Notes: a model not told the origin generated them from the sequence alone. A stretch of DNA of 55,767 nt, filler included, from Stramenopiles sp. TOSAG23-2 (GCA_900128395.1; 4 parts of 4 records of this genome joined end to end with filler, not necessarily neighbours in it); one strand, 5' to 3'. Counted from the first letter of the whole stretch, positions 12,500 to 24,512 are shown. Numbers and translations: made by a program.

Positions 12500-13258
12500 T
12501 TATTCTTTTTTAGACATGCTTAATAATTCCTTTGCAGCTGGTTTTATTGCGACAATAACACAATGTGTCTTCGATTTTTCACTGCCTGGTTTCCAACCTG
12601 GATTTGGAACGTTTAAAACTTCCACTTTTTTCCATGGAAATTCATTACCATGTTCATCTAATTGAATATATGGTAACACTTTTTCCTCCTCATGCAATGA
12701 TATTGTCATGAACAATCCACCAGGTTTCAATGTTCTCCATGCTTCAGTCATCATGTTTGATATGATGTGTGTGCTTTCAGAGCAACAAAACAAGCAATCC
12801 ATGGTGCTTTTATCGATCGAAACATCAAATTGCTCATCATCGAAATCTAAATTTTGCACGTCCATCACATCATAATGCATGTTTACTCGATGAGCATTTT
12901 TAGCTTGTTCGTCATTTATCACAACTTGGCTTAAATCGATGTTATAGATATTTTCATACCCATCATCATACATTTCAGAGCTGAATCTTGCACTTCCACA
13001 TCCAAGCATGACAAACATATCATTTTTACGAAAAAATGATGTCATTCCAGCTTCCTTGAAATGCTTATATTCCAGCAACCAATCAAACGGTGAATATTGT
13101 GAATATCTGTCATCCCAATATTTTGCTTCACCATATTCTGTCACATGATCTTCTTCTTCAGTATTATCAGCAAGTTCTGATTCATCAATGAAAGAATCTT
13201 CTAGTTTATCATCATTGACAACCTCTTTAAAATCTTTCATTTCAGTAACTTCAGACAT
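12500..13258 (-). CDS. METTL13/EEF1AKMT4-like SAM-dependent methyltransferase
   Basis: YWDDRY..FDW, LGCG, NIDLS, FDVSIDKSTMD, LKPGG motifs. Confidence 0.85.
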   Translation of the reverse strand: MSEVTEMKDFKEVVNDDKLEDSFIDESELADNTEEEDHVTEYGEAKYWDDRYSQYSPFDWLLEYKHFKEAGMTSFFRKNDMFVMLGCGSARFSSEMYDDGYENIYNIDLSQVVINDEQAKNAHRVNMHYDVMDVQNLDFDDEQFDVSIDKSTMDCLFCCSESTHIISNMMTEAWRTLKPGGLFMTISLHEEEKVLPYIQLDEHGNEFPWKKVEVLNVPNPGWKPGSEKSKTHCVIVAIKPAAKELLSMSKKE

Positions 13259-13943
13259 TTTAAACAATATATTCTCTTTTTCCTTCTTATATATATATAT
13301 ATTTTTTAAAAAATTTTTTATTTTATAGTTTTTATTATTTTTACTAGACTAGTATTATTATTATTATTTTTAATTACAGAAACTTACTAAAATTAATCCT
13401 CTCTGATAATCGTCAGTAAGCAAATGTTCTATGTACCAAGTAGTTCAAATCGATTCGCAGCAATGCAGCTAATGTAACGTTTGCTTTTTTTTTTTCCCTC
13501 GGTTTTCTTTTTTTTTTTCACTGTACATACATATATACATACATATCTATCTATAATTTCATTTTGTATTTTTTAAAAATATATCTTTTTTTTCTTCGTT
13601 CTTTACCAGGTATTATTATTGTTGTAAAAAAGTAAAAAAATTTGGTATATTTTTGTCGATTTTTAGACTTCTTCCTATCAAATTGTTACATTATAGTATA
13701 CTAATATTGTACTTAATGTTTTTTTTAGTTGTAATCGGAGGGGGGCACGGGGGTGTGATTCTCGATTCTCGATTTAGATCTGATCTCTGATCGTCTGTAG
13801 ATCTGTATTAGAGCTATAATAGTATTATGAGGAGAGTAAAAAAAAGGTTAATAAAAGTCTGCGGGGCTTTTTTAGCTTCTATTTTGAAGTGGGGTCTTAT
13901 TATAATTGCACTGCAATTATTATATACTAGATAATAATATTAC

Positions 13944-14043
13944 NNNNNNNNNNNNNNNNNNNNNNNNNNNNNNNNNNNNNNNNNNNNTTAATTAATTAAN
14001 NNNNNNNNNNNNNNNNNNNNNNNNNNNNNNNNNNNNNNNNNNN
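13944..14043. other. Artificial contig linker (N44-TTAATTAATTAA-N44, stops in all six frames)
   Basis: Identical structure at three places in the window. Confidence 0.97.
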
Positions 14044-14666
14044 CGGTATGTCGTAACGAGGCTGGATGGAAAAATTGCGGTATAATTATCAAGGCTGGCT
14101 TGCCAAATTGGAAAAAAAAATTAAGTGCAGAGGAAATAGATATGCAATCACCACGTGTTGTGGTTATTTGTGGTAGTGCAAATCGTGCACTTGCATTAAT
14201 TAAAGAAATACGTAATTCAATGAATGGACAATTCTTTGTTGGTAAATTTTTCTCTCGACATATAAAATTGAAACAAAATATACAAATGTTAAGTGAGAAT
14301 GAAGGGAAGAATGTGCCTATTATTGTTGGAACACCTGGGCGCATCTATAAACTAGTAGATGAAAAGCATCTCTTGTTAACTGGGACAGATTTATTGATTA
14401 TAGATATGAGTCGAGACCGTAAGTAATGTAATACATATTGTAATATTTTAATATTAAAGTGCAAGAAAAAATCTCTAACGAAAAACACGCAATAATATTT
14501 ATATATTCCAAATATATTAACACATTACACATGGATGATTAATACAGTAAAAGGATACAATGTCATGGAGCAAAAAGATTTAAAAAGTGATTTTTTAAAT
14601 GTTTTTTCAAATTATTATTTACCAAGAATAAAACAGAAACAATTAAAGGTTGGTTTATATCTATGA
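14044..14666 (+). CDS. CMS1: CMS1/CMSS1-like ribosome biogenesis protein, 5'-partial, intron 14419-14547
   Basis: SPRVVVICGSANRA, KFFSRHIKL, VGTPGRI. Splicing GTAAGT...CAG gives RDLKGYNVMEQKDLKSDF...KVGLYL*. Confidence 0.8.
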
Positions 14667-15362
14667 ATGTATGATATCCTATTATTGTATTATAGTTTGA
14701 TGATCCGTAGTTAAAGTAAAAATAATGGAAAACGTTCAAATAATTATATGATACATGGTATGATGGTATGATGTATGATGGTATGATACGTACGAACACT
14801 GTATGTGTATATATACTGGTATCATACGACAGGCAAAAGTCTAGTTATCATATATGCATTAATTAAAAATATATCATATATGACCCCGTTTATCTGAGAG
14901 AGACCTTCAGTTGATAAATAAATATTTAGTATACTAATAAGTACAAATTAAAGATATTTTACTATCAAACCTCGTGCACTATAATTAGTAAATATTATCC
15001 ACTCGTCACAGCACAGGAACAATATCCACCAATATGGGACCTAACTGAATAATACGACGTCAATGATATTCCTATACTGATGTAGCATGTGCACTTAACG
15101 ATCTTAACAACAAGATCTAGACATGGTTTTAGCAGGCAAATAACACCTAACTCACACATATATATATCACGAAACTTAACACAATATATAATCATAGAAT
15201 GTATATAGATAGACAGATATATCTATACGGAATACAGAGAGACGAGAGATATAACTATATAACGATATATTATACTAAATCTATTATTAACGATATACTT
15301 AAGACAATACTATATTAGTGTCGTATTACATTAGTTTTACGATCTATAATTCTAAGAAACTA

Positions 15363-15373
15363 GGTTATGGGCC
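15363..15373 (+). other. Copia-type primer binding site (internal tRNA-iMet fragment)
   Basis: GGTTATGGGCC matches the PBS of Drosophila copia-type elements and sits at the start of the gag-like ORF. Confidence 0.7.
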
Positions 15374-16387
15374 GCAATAATAATGTGGAAAATAATTCCA
15401 CCAAAAATGAAAAAGTCTGGAAGTTTGATGGACGACATGTGAACATAAAAGTGTTCAACCGAACCATCATTACTGAACTCGAAGCCAAAAACAGATTAGC
15501 AGCGGCTATTCTACGAGGCAACATCGCGGTGAAGGAGACCCGTACATTAATGGGGAGCATTGCAACGCAAATTGGATGCATAATGACCCAAATCATGTTG
15601 ACAATTATGATAGTGTTAGCAGCATCTCCGGCACAAATGGAGAAGGATTTAAAATTAGCATATGAAAATGCAACCGACAGAAAGCGATACAAAAAGGTTA
15701 TTGCTACGCTACGAACATTCGACGATGCAACTGCAGCTGATACTGAACGTATTAATGATGCACTGAAAAGTATCAGACATGATAAGGGAACAGAGATGAC
15801 TGAGGAGGAACTTACAGAATTCCTAACTTACCTTGATTCGTTAGAATCAGAAGAGCACCAACTAAATCGATATAATTCCGGAACTCTTACAACAAACGAA
15901 TTAGGCAAAGAATATGAAGAAAGAGTTTGAATCGAAAGGATTTGAGATATCGCATTTTGACAACATCAATAAATATTTAGGTGTAAATGTAAATTACGAC
16001 AAGGACAATGATATACTTACCTTCGATCAATGCGATTACATTGATGAGATTCTGCAAAATACGAAGATGAATGATGCAAACCCGCTCACAACACCGATGG
16101 TAAAACCATACCCATCGAAAGCAGATAGTCCGAAAATTAAATTAACGGAGGCAAAATTGAACTCAACCAACATGGAGGATTATAAAATGTTAGCAAAAGA
16201 GGCGTTGGAAGAAGAAGAATATATGCAAAACGTACCGTACCGAAATGTACTTGGAGCATTATCACACCTTACGAGGATGACGAGGCCCGATATACAGTTT
16301 GCGACTTTTTTCCATTCACGATACCAGACCAACCCCGGACGTAAACATTGGCTTGGTATAAAGCGAATACTGCGATATATTTCCTAG
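15367..16387 (+). pseudogene. Ty1/Copia retrotransposon remnant: gag-like 5' part joined through a deletion and frameshift to the RT C-terminal part
   Basis: KYLGVNV..TFDQCDYIDEIL..PLTTPM..YRNVLGAL..TRPDI..PGRKHWLGIKRILRY is the RVT_2 C-terminal region. Protease, integrase, the YVDD motif and RNase H are absent. Confidence 0.88.
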
Positions 16388-16809
16388 ATCTTGCCAAAAT
16401 TATGAATTTTTGGTCTAAGTATGGAGTAGTTGTATACTAGAAATATTTACCTATATAATATGTTATTTATCAATATACGGCCAGAAAAGGGAAAAGGTCT
16501 CTTTCAGAGAAACCGGGTCATATATATATATGATACTGTATTATATATATACACACTCGATTACATTTTAAATATTAAATGATGATTTAAAATCTACGGA
16601 GCGCGTAAGTTATAATAATTTTACTTCCCGTGCTAAGTAATATGCTCAATAATAATATTCAATTCCTACTACTTCGTATAATTATAATAAAGCTCTCATG
16701 CACCGTTTATAAAATATAAATATGCATAATTCGTATTCAATTCTTGAAAAATGGTTTGCGATATATAATATTTAAATATTAATATAAATATATATATATA
16801 TACAAATAT

Positions 16810-17846
16810 TTATCTGTATAGATTCAATGGAAAGTTCTCTGTAACCATATATCCATCAGCAAATAATACGACTAAATTTACTTCAAATTCTACTTTGAAA
16901 TGCAAAGTATCTACTGTAGGGCAAGTAAATAATCTTGGAAATACCATGTATATTGGAATAACTAAATCTCTACATACATCACCATCAGCTAATTGAATAT
17001 TTTGTATCTCAGTTGCCTCTCGCGCTGTACCTTCTGCATAGGCAACCGTTTCCACTCGTACTAATTGCAATTCAATACTTTTGATCGGTGCTACACTATT
17101 TTCAATAATAATTTGACCAGTGAATGGAACATGTACCTATGTTATAGTTATATTTTTGAAAGATATAATATATATATATATATATATACATTACATGTTA
17201 GTATAATGATAATTCTTGTAGCAGAAAATATAATAACAAGCATTGTGTATAGTAATGATTTATAAAAAAAAAAACTTACTTGACAATTCGTACGATGTAA
17301 TTTTCCAGTTATACGAAAATGTGGTATATTTTTTAATGAAGATCGTTTAACATTTTCTAATGTACCTGGCGTAATATCGAATGGGACTGGCTCTGGTGGG
17401 TTGTCCCCTGTATCAGGGCATTCAACTATAAATTCCAAATCTGCTAATAAATTATTTTTCAACATTCCACGTACACATTCCACTGAAATAGTATATGTAC
17501 AATTTACATATACGCCGTGATATGTTTCGTATAATTTATTTTGTCCTACCACTGGATCCATATCAAACTCAAATGGAAATTCAGTGACGCCATCAGGCAC
17601 ACGCCCAGGACTGGCAACGTCAATCTCGTAATCTAGCAAGACCATTGGCTTGATACTTGAATAAAATGCTTCAAACAATCCAACACTACGTGCACTTAGT
17701 TGCAATTTAATAACACCTTCTACTTTCATTGTAATTCCACTATGGGACATACTACCACTCCTTGATATTACAACAACTCCACGAACTTTCTCTCCTGTGC
17801 GATATATTCTATCTACTCGTTCTAATCTTATCTCCATGGTCGTCAT
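16810..17846 (-). CDS. VPS26C: VPS26C/DSCR3 retriever subunit, intron 17137-17279
   Basis: LQLSARSVGLFEAFYSSIKP, LYETYHGV, ELQLVRVET, EATEIQNIQLADGDV. A phase-0 GT-AG intron joins the two ORFs. Confidence 0.95.
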
Positions 17847-18773
17847 TGTTTGTGTATATGTAAGTGTTTGTTTCTTTTTTCACCAGTGTTGCTATTGAGA
17901 CGTATAATATGATGTATATATGTAATATATAACCATAAATAAGTCTAATAAGAGAATTTAATTTTTTTATATTTAAATTATTATTTATTATTATTTCATT
18001 TATTAATTAATAATTATTATTATTATTTAGATTTATTAGTCTGGTGGTATAGTACCTGGTAGTCTATTAGATCTACTGTATTCTACCAGGTCGGTAGTGC
18101 GGTATAATTATTTTTTTTTTTTTTTTATTATTATTTTTTGGATTTACTTGTTGGCGGCGGTGTCATTTTTTATAGATAATTTTTATTTGTAGTCTAAGGT
18201 CTAAGAATTACTATTATAATTATTAAAAATTTAAAATAATAATTAATAATAATAAATGTGCAAAATATTTAACCCCTGTATTATTTATATTTCATATTTA
18301 ATGATACAAATGTCATCGCAGGATTTCCTGAGTATTATAGACCCCTGCCCCAAATAATGTAAAATATATATTTTTCTGATCCTAAAATTTAAGGAGTTTA
18401 TGACGAGATAGTGATTTGCAAGGGTTACAAAAGTTTTACAAATACACGTATAGGGTTTTTTGATTCAAAATTTTTCATTTCTCTGGAGTACAACTATCAA
18501 CTATAAGAGATTTCTCTCTGTATTTTATATCGATGTGGTTCCTATTATATAATTGTCGTAGTTTTAGCATGTTGACATGTTGACATAACAACGCAAAGTG
18601 CCAAAAGTCTCAGGTAAAGTTACTAGATGGGCAAGCATTACCTTAGTGCTCCACCCAGAATTTTTATCAGAGTGTAATGTATAAAAATTAAAAATACAAT
18701 TGATCAAAGTCTCACACTTTTTTTTAATTTTTTGGAAAATAATACTAAATAGAGACAACTATAAGATCTCATT

Positions 18774-19736
18774 TTATTTCTTTGCATTTTCATAATTTTC
18801 AGTAAACCATTTTACAGTTTTCTGAATACCTGAATCAATAGTTGTAAACTCAAATTGTGGCAACAGGGATCGTAATTTAGCATTATCAGCTGTTTTTTTA
18901 TATTGCCCATCAGATTTACTAGTATCATATTTGATAGTTCCTTTAAATGACATATTTTTCGCAATAATTGAAGCCACATCAGCGATCGAAACTTCATCTT
19001 CCGGATCTACAGATAAAATGATTGGGCTCGTTTCATCGTAATGCCGGAGAGTCCATATCATTAGTTTACCTAAATCTTCACTGTAGATAAACTGGCGCAA
19101 TGGCTTCCCCGAGCCCCAAATTTCAAAGTTACCATTTAGTGAATTCGCAATATGACATTTATGCATCAGCCCTGGTAAAACATGGCCATTTTCGATATTA
19201 AAATTATCATGTGGGCCATAAATATTAGTTGGTATTACAGATGTAAATATACAATCGCTTCCTGATGAATAACATCTATTCATAACGTCAACCATTCGTT
19301 TTGCATAAGCATACCCCTCATTGGATGGGTGTGGCGCCCCATCATGAATCATTCGCTCATTAATTGGATATTTGGTTTTGTCAGGAAAAATGCACGTAGA
19401 AAGGCACGAAACAACTTTTACCAACTTAAATTCTTTACAACAACGTAAAACATTCATGTTTATAAGCATATTGTAGTCGAAAAATTCAGACTTGTATTTT
19501 AAATTCCGAAACAAGCCCCCTACATAAGCTGCAAGATGAAGACAATGCGTTGGTTTGTATTTTTCAAATATTTTAGCAGTATCTTCATACTTACGCAAGT
19601 CACCATCTTTGCTACTTAAAAATACCCACTCTTCATTTTCTTTATCAGTTTCTGCGTTTAAAGAAGTTTTAATACCGCTACCAACCAAGCCACTTGATCC
19701 TGTTACAAGTACAACTTTTTTGTTACTATTGTCCAT
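18774..19736 (-). CDS. GFUS: GDP-L-fucose synthase
   Basis: TGSSGLVG, HLAAYVGGLF, CLSTCIFPD, GYAYAKRM, PTNIYGP, GKPLRQFIYS. Confidence 0.96.
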   Translation of the reverse strand: MDNSNKKVVLVTGSSGLVGSGIKTSLNAETDKENEEWVFLSSKDGDLRKYEDTAKIFEKYKPTHCLHLAAYVGGLFRNLKYKSEFFDYNMLINMNVLRCCKEFKLVKVVSCLSTCIFPDKTKYPINERMIHDGAPHPSNEGYAYAKRMVDVMNRCYSSGSDCIFTSVIPTNIYGPHDNFNIENGHVLPGLMHKCHIANSLNGNFEIWGSGKPLRQFIYSEDLGKLMIWTLRHYDETSPIILSVDPEDEVSIADVASIIAKNMSFKGTIKYDTSKSDGQYKKTADNAKLRSLLPQFEFTTIDSGIQKTVKWFTENYENAKK

Positions 19737-20264
19737 GCCGCCTTGAATAATGAAATATTTGTCGACTTAGGAAAAAAATTAATTATGTAGTGAATTTGAT
19801 GTATGAATATATTGTAGTGCTATATTACTCTGGGTACCAGAGATTTTCCTTGGTGCTGTGTGACATATTATACATATTATTATATATATAATGTGGTCAT
19901 AAACGCACAACAAAAAATATTAGCTTTTTTTATTATTATTAGTAGAGAATTATTTATTAGACTATTCTATTATTTTTATTTTTTTTTTCATCCAAGCACC
20001 TTAACCTCCCAGACCTCTTGCGGAACAAAAATTTCAGGTCAAATCCCTTAACAATACTATTTTACGGGATATAATGTATAATGTATGGCCTTTAATTTTT
20101 GTATATTACTATATGAAAAATAGTACTTAAATGACATTATAGCGTTCTATTAAAACCATTTTAAGGAAATGGGATAGCATCGACATTGCACAGGGAACCA
20201 GGGGACCGCATGGGACCTAAATGCTATGTGGTGTGATATAAATACTCTCTTATATGGTTTGCCA

Positions 20265-21929
20265 TCAAAACAACAAATGTTGTAAAGGTTTTTGTGCACC
20301 ATGCCTTGCACCGAAGACATATTGATATCCAGTAGCTATGATAACACCGAAAAAACGGCTGAAAGAAAAACTATTTGCACCATTCCTTGCACAATCATGT
20401 ATTGTCCTGTATAATTCATCAATACAACGTTCCCAAGTAAATGTTAATGCACGTTTTCTAGCTGCTTCCCTCATTGGTTTTCCAGCGGAAAGAACGGCAT
20501 GGACTGCATCAGCAGCACCAATAATATCATGTGGTGGGTACATAACTCCTTCGACACCACTTGTAAATGTATCTTGTACACCACCAGCGCGAGGACCACA
20601 AACAGATAAACCGCTTGCCATCGCTTCTAAATAAACCAATGGAAACCCTTCAGTCGTGCATGAAGATACAAACATATCGGAACTGGCATATGCGCTATAT
20701 AATTCTTCTCCACGTAAAAACCCGGTGAAAAGCGCTTTGCCTTTTAAACGCTCTTCCAGCTCAACACGACATGGTCCATCCCCAACAACGGCAAAACGTG
20801 CAACATTGTCACCATATTTTTTATAAAACTCCTCTATCGTTCCTGCAAGATCATATATGTCTTTTTCATAAGTGATTCGTCCAACATGCAATACCAATGG
20901 TAAATCCGGTCTTCCACGAGAAAGTTTTTTCCTTGTCTCATCGTTGTACCAATCTGGTTTGTAAACATCAACGGCGACGCCACTTACCCATAGACGCACG
21001 TCTCTACATCCTGCTTCTTGTAATTGTTTTAAAATTGGGCGACATACAGGAAGGTGCGCGCCTGCCAAAGAAAAGTACATTGCCCGCAATAAATACAATA
21101 CACCTTGTGCAAACCTATCCGGTGCCCATGGTGCAGCAACCGCAGTATACAGATCAATTCTCGTATGGTGTGACATCGATACTGGCACGCCTAATACAAA
21201 GCAATATGCAAGCATTAAAATGCTAAAAACACTTGGATCGAAAATATGTACAGCATGTGGTTTAAACTCACGCAATGTGCTAATGCAACGAAGTGTCGGT
21301 ATGGATGCGGAGTGATCAGGGCACATTTCAGGTTCCACGCCAGGTAAACGAGTTACGCCAGCGCCGAATAATACTGGAATGGAAGTTCTAGATGTTAATA
21401 CATGTACTTGGTGACCATTTTTCACAAGTTGTTTTATAGAATGTTCAGTAAAAGTAGCAACACCATCCACTTTAGGCCAAAAACTATCACCAGCTAGTAA
21501 AATTCTTAATTTCTTATCGCCAGAATGAAACACTGTTTTGCAGCCAGCTGCATATGAATTTAATGACAATTGAAATATTATATACAAAGCAGACAATAAC
21601 AAACGCGTGTTATTACTTCTTGCTACTAAATATATAAAACATAAAGGAACTAAATATAACCTTGATAATGCCAATGCTGCTGCTAGAAATGTATCTTTCC
21701 GTGCCCATGAACTAGATGCCGTCTGTTTCAATTGCCAATAAAAAAATGTTACGAACGCGAGTACCAATGACCATTGCGAATACATCACCGCCATTATGAG
21801 TAAAATAAATGGTGGTATCCACCATAATACAATCATCGCACCAGCGATAGTTAACATAATTGTTACGAAGTAAGTACTACCACCTTGTTTCGTTACCGGT
21901 GCTTTTGCATCTTTTGTCTCAAATACCAT
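20265..21929 (-). CDS. GT4 glycosyltransferase (SQD2/MgtA-like) with N-terminal TM segments
   Basis: DSFWPKVDGV, VGRITYEK, VVGDGP, YASSDMFV, EGFPLVYLEAMASG. Confidence 0.85.
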   Translation of the reverse strand: MVFETKDAKAPVTKQGGSTYFVTIMLTIAGAMIVLWWIPPFILLIMAVMYSQWSLVLAFVTFFYWQLKQTASSSWARKDTFLAAALALSRLYLVPLCFIYLVARSNNTRLLLSALYIIFQLSLNSYAAGCKTVFHSGDKKLRILLAGDSFWPKVDGVATFTEHSIKQLVKNGHQVHVLTSRTSIPVLFGAGVTRLPGVEPEMCPDHSASIPTLRCISTLREFKPHAVHIFDPSVFSILMLAYCFVLGVPVSMSHHTRIDLYTAVAAPWAPDRFAQGVLYLLRAMYFSLAGAHLPVCRPILKQLQEAGCRDVRLWVSGVAVDVYKPDWYNDETRKKLSRGRPDLPLVLHVGRITYEKDIYDLAGTIEEFYKKYGDNVARFAVVGDGPCRVELEERLKGKALFTGFLRGEELYSAYASSDMFVSSCTTEGFPLVYLEAMASGLSVCGPRAGGVQDTFTSGVEGVMYPPHDIIGAADAVHAVLSAGKPMREAARKRALTFTWERCIDELYRTIHDCARNGANSFSFSRFFGVIIATGYQYVFGARHGAQKPLQHLLF

Positions 21930-22289
21930 ATTTTTTTTTTTTTAAGTTGTACTGTTCGTAATATCACTTTGTTTTGACCAAGCTATATTCCCTGTCTCCA
22001 CTCTTCACAATATATATATATATATATATATATGGTTTTATTGGATTTTGTTTATTCCCCCCATTTGGTTGATCGTATTATTATTAAATTAATAAATATT
22101 ATAATAAAAAGAAATTGCAATCCTCCAGGCAATCCAGGCAAAAAAATCGCCAACCAGGAATAATCCTTGCACTTCTTCTTGTGCATTTGGTGCCATTGTG
22201 TATCATTATAAACACAGATTCTCTTTGGTTAAAATAATAATATCTGTAGTTGCATTAAAAAACGACCAAAAAAACTTAAACCTGATGTA

Positions 22290-22392
22290 CAGACCAGGCG
22301 ATTGGACAATTTTCGGTAAAAATTTTATAGTATATAGTGTTTAAGTATTATTATATATGTATGGACCGAAAATTGTCAAATAGTCGGGTCTG
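22290..22392. mobile_element. Miniature inverted-repeat element (Tc1/mariner-like, TA target duplication)
   Basis: TA|cagaccaggcgattggacaattttcggt ... accgaaaattgtcaaatagtcgggtctg|TA; 28-bp arms with 4 mismatches. Confidence 0.7.
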
Positions 22393-22837
22393 TAAAAATA
22401 ATATCAAGTAGTACTTTCTTCTGGCAACTTATACAGTTTATATTTAGAAGGGAATAGCAATGATTTTTAGATGAAATTCCGTCTGTACTATAAGGAAGAA
22501 TTATTTATATGATGTGTAGTGTTATGTTAAGATACATGTTCATAGTGTAAAACATTATTTGATAGGTCTTTCTTTCAAGATAAAAAAGTGTGCTATAAAT
22601 TTGCATGAATGAAATAAAAAAGTGGGGGAAATATTAATAAAACCATTTATTAGTGTTGATAGATGTAGACTTTACAGGTGTAATTGTATATACATACAGA
22701 TACATACATATAATATATCAATTGAAATCTTAGCAATTTATATTGTATAAACATATTTTTGTTCTATTGCTCATATTTCTTTGTTTGTTCTATTATATTC
22801 ATTTTTATCATAAACAGAAAAGTACGTACATGTTAAT

Positions 22838-24430
22838 ATGAAATTATTAACACAAAAAACGTTGTTATTATTTGCAATATGTATGGGGTTGGTTCTTTTG
22901 AACGGTGTTCAATCAGAAACACTCCATGCGAGTAAGATTAGTACATCGGTTGGTGCGAAAGCAAAACTATCTGTTCAGGCAGCGACAAAACTTCGTATTG
23001 GGAACAACAATATGCTAGTTGCAAGCCCATGCGACGAAGATGCAGAGTGTAATTTTCCACGTGGGCGTTGTGTATCCTCTGCAAAAGCAGATGTAGACGG
23101 GAAAAAATTAAAAATGTGCCTATGCGCTTCACCATGGTATGGGGCAGATTGTACACAAGTAGATAAACAAGCTTTGTGCGAACCGACGTGTAAAAACGGC
23201 GGGGAGTGCACCCAAACAACAGATGAAAACAATCATTTGAAAGGAGTCTGTGTTTGCCAATCAGGATTCATCGGTTCTGATTGTGGTAGCAAAGGTTGCC
23301 CAAATAAATGCAACGGGCACGGTATTTGTAAAGTCACTACAGACGAGGCTGGAAAAGCAAAAGGTAAATGTTATTGCGAAAATGGTTTTGCTGGCAAAGG
23401 ATGTGAACGAAAGGTATGCCCATATACTCCACGTGGTGAATGCGACAATGCTGGAAGATGCATACAAGGCACCTGTATGTGTCGAGAAGGTTTCTTCGGT
23501 CGCGCATGTACGAAAAGACGCTGCACTTTAAAATGTTCAGGACATGGTATATGTACAAATAGAACGTTTGCATGCGATTGCGATCCAGGATTTGTTGGTT
23601 TAAAATGCGAGAAAGCTATTTGCCCTAAAACTAAGGAAGGCACTTGTAGCGGACATGGGCAATGTAACGCCGAAAATGGAAAATGTTTGTGTGATGCATT
23701 ATGGAACGGTAGAGCGTGCAATTATAAAAAATGTAACGGTGGCGCTGTAGGTTGTTCTGGACATGGTCGTTGTGAAGATAGTAAATGTATCTGTGACATT
23801 GGATTTGTAGGAGTAGCTTGTGAAAGCAAAGGTTGCCCGATGAATTGTCTTTTTAAATCTGGACACGGCGAATGTCTCGATGGGCAATGCCAATGCTACC
23901 CAGGCTACACTGGGGATGGTTGCGAGCAAAAAATGGCTGTACCACAGCCTTGCGGGGATAAATGCCAAAGCAGTTGCCTCTTTGCAAGTCCACAAACATG
24001 TACAGTGCAAACCCCTCCTTTATCTAGTAATAGTAGCAGCACCGATGATAGTAATAGTAAAAAGAAATTTGCAGGTGCCCCATGTTATCAAAAATGTTTA
24101 TGGGGATGTGTTCGCGGATGCTTTGCTGAGCTTTCCCCAGCAGCAGCTCGTGCAGAAGCTGAGCATTGGAATGCAACCTCTTCTGAACTAGATTCATGGC
24201 ACGCGCAAGCAAAACAAGAGTTAAAACGACTTCAAACGAAAGTTTCAAATAGTGATGAAACACCTGGAAGTGAAAGTCAAAATGATAAATCATTAGAAGA
24301 TAGGGCTGAAAAAGTTAAAAAAATCATCGATTATGTAGAAGCGTTAAAAATTGCTGCCAATAAAGAAAAAAAATCAAGTGAAAAATTAGCAAATATAGGC
24401 AATAAAGCGGAGAAAGCTGTGGGTGTGTAA
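22838..24430 (+). CDS. Secreted tenascin-type EGF-repeat protein
   Basis: Signal peptide; about 9 CxGHGxC..CxCxxGFxGxxC repeats; Cys-rich segment and charged helical tail. Confidence 0.85.
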   Translation: MKLLTQKTLLLFAICMGLVLLNGVQSETLHASKISTSVGAKAKLSVQAATKLRIGNNNMLVASPCDEDAECNFPRGRCVSSAKADVDGKKLKMCLCASPWYGADCTQVDKQALCEPTCKNGGECTQTTDENNHLKGVCVCQSGFIGSDCGSKGCPNKCNGHGICKVTTDEAGKAKGKCYCENGFAGKGCERKVCPYTPRGECDNAGRCIQGTCMCREGFFGRACTKRRCTLKCSGHGICTNRTFACDCDPGFVGLKCEKAICPKTKEGTCSGHGQCNAENGKCLCDALWNGRACNYKKCNGGAVGCSGHGRCEDSKCICDIGFVGVACESKGCPMNCLFKSGHGECLDGQCQCYPGYTGDGCEQKMAVPQPCGDKCQSSCLFASPQTCTVQTPPLSSNSSSTDDSNSKKKFAGAPCYQKCLWGCVRGCFAELSPAAARAEAEHWNATSSELDSWHAQAKQELKRLQTKVSNSDETPGSESQNDKSLEDRAEKVKKIIDYVEALKIAANKEKKSSEKLANIGNKAEKAVGV

Positions 24431-24512
24431 TTTTAAAAAAAATATTTCAGGATTAAGATATATAAAGTATTTAAATTTATAAAATTTTAAATATAAAATA
24501 TGATATATGATA

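Larger units (their letters stand above)
14881..16520. mobile_element. Non-autonomous TIR element (copy 1) carrying a Copia fragment
   Basis: 27-bp TIRs with 24/27 identity: tgaccccgtttatctgagagagacctt at 14881-14907 and reverse complement at 16494-16520, flanked by TA. Both arms recur at 24513-24998. Confidence 0.8.

Noticed and set aside
13944-14043. TTAATTAATTAA between N-runs as a biological repeat (e.g. a piggyBac site)
   Set aside because: It is identical at three gaps and places stops in all six frames, so it is an artificial concatenation linker. Synteny across it is meaningless.
18268-18460. piggyBac-like element (TTAACCC...GGGTT)
   Set aside because: The inverted match is too short and there is no matching TTAA on the right.
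20010-20235. Possible snRNA (ATTGCAC U1-like loop; AATTTTTG Sm-like site)
   Set aside because: The motifs are on opposite strands and there is no ATACTTACCTG 5' end or other snRNA hallmark. An Rfam scan would settle it.
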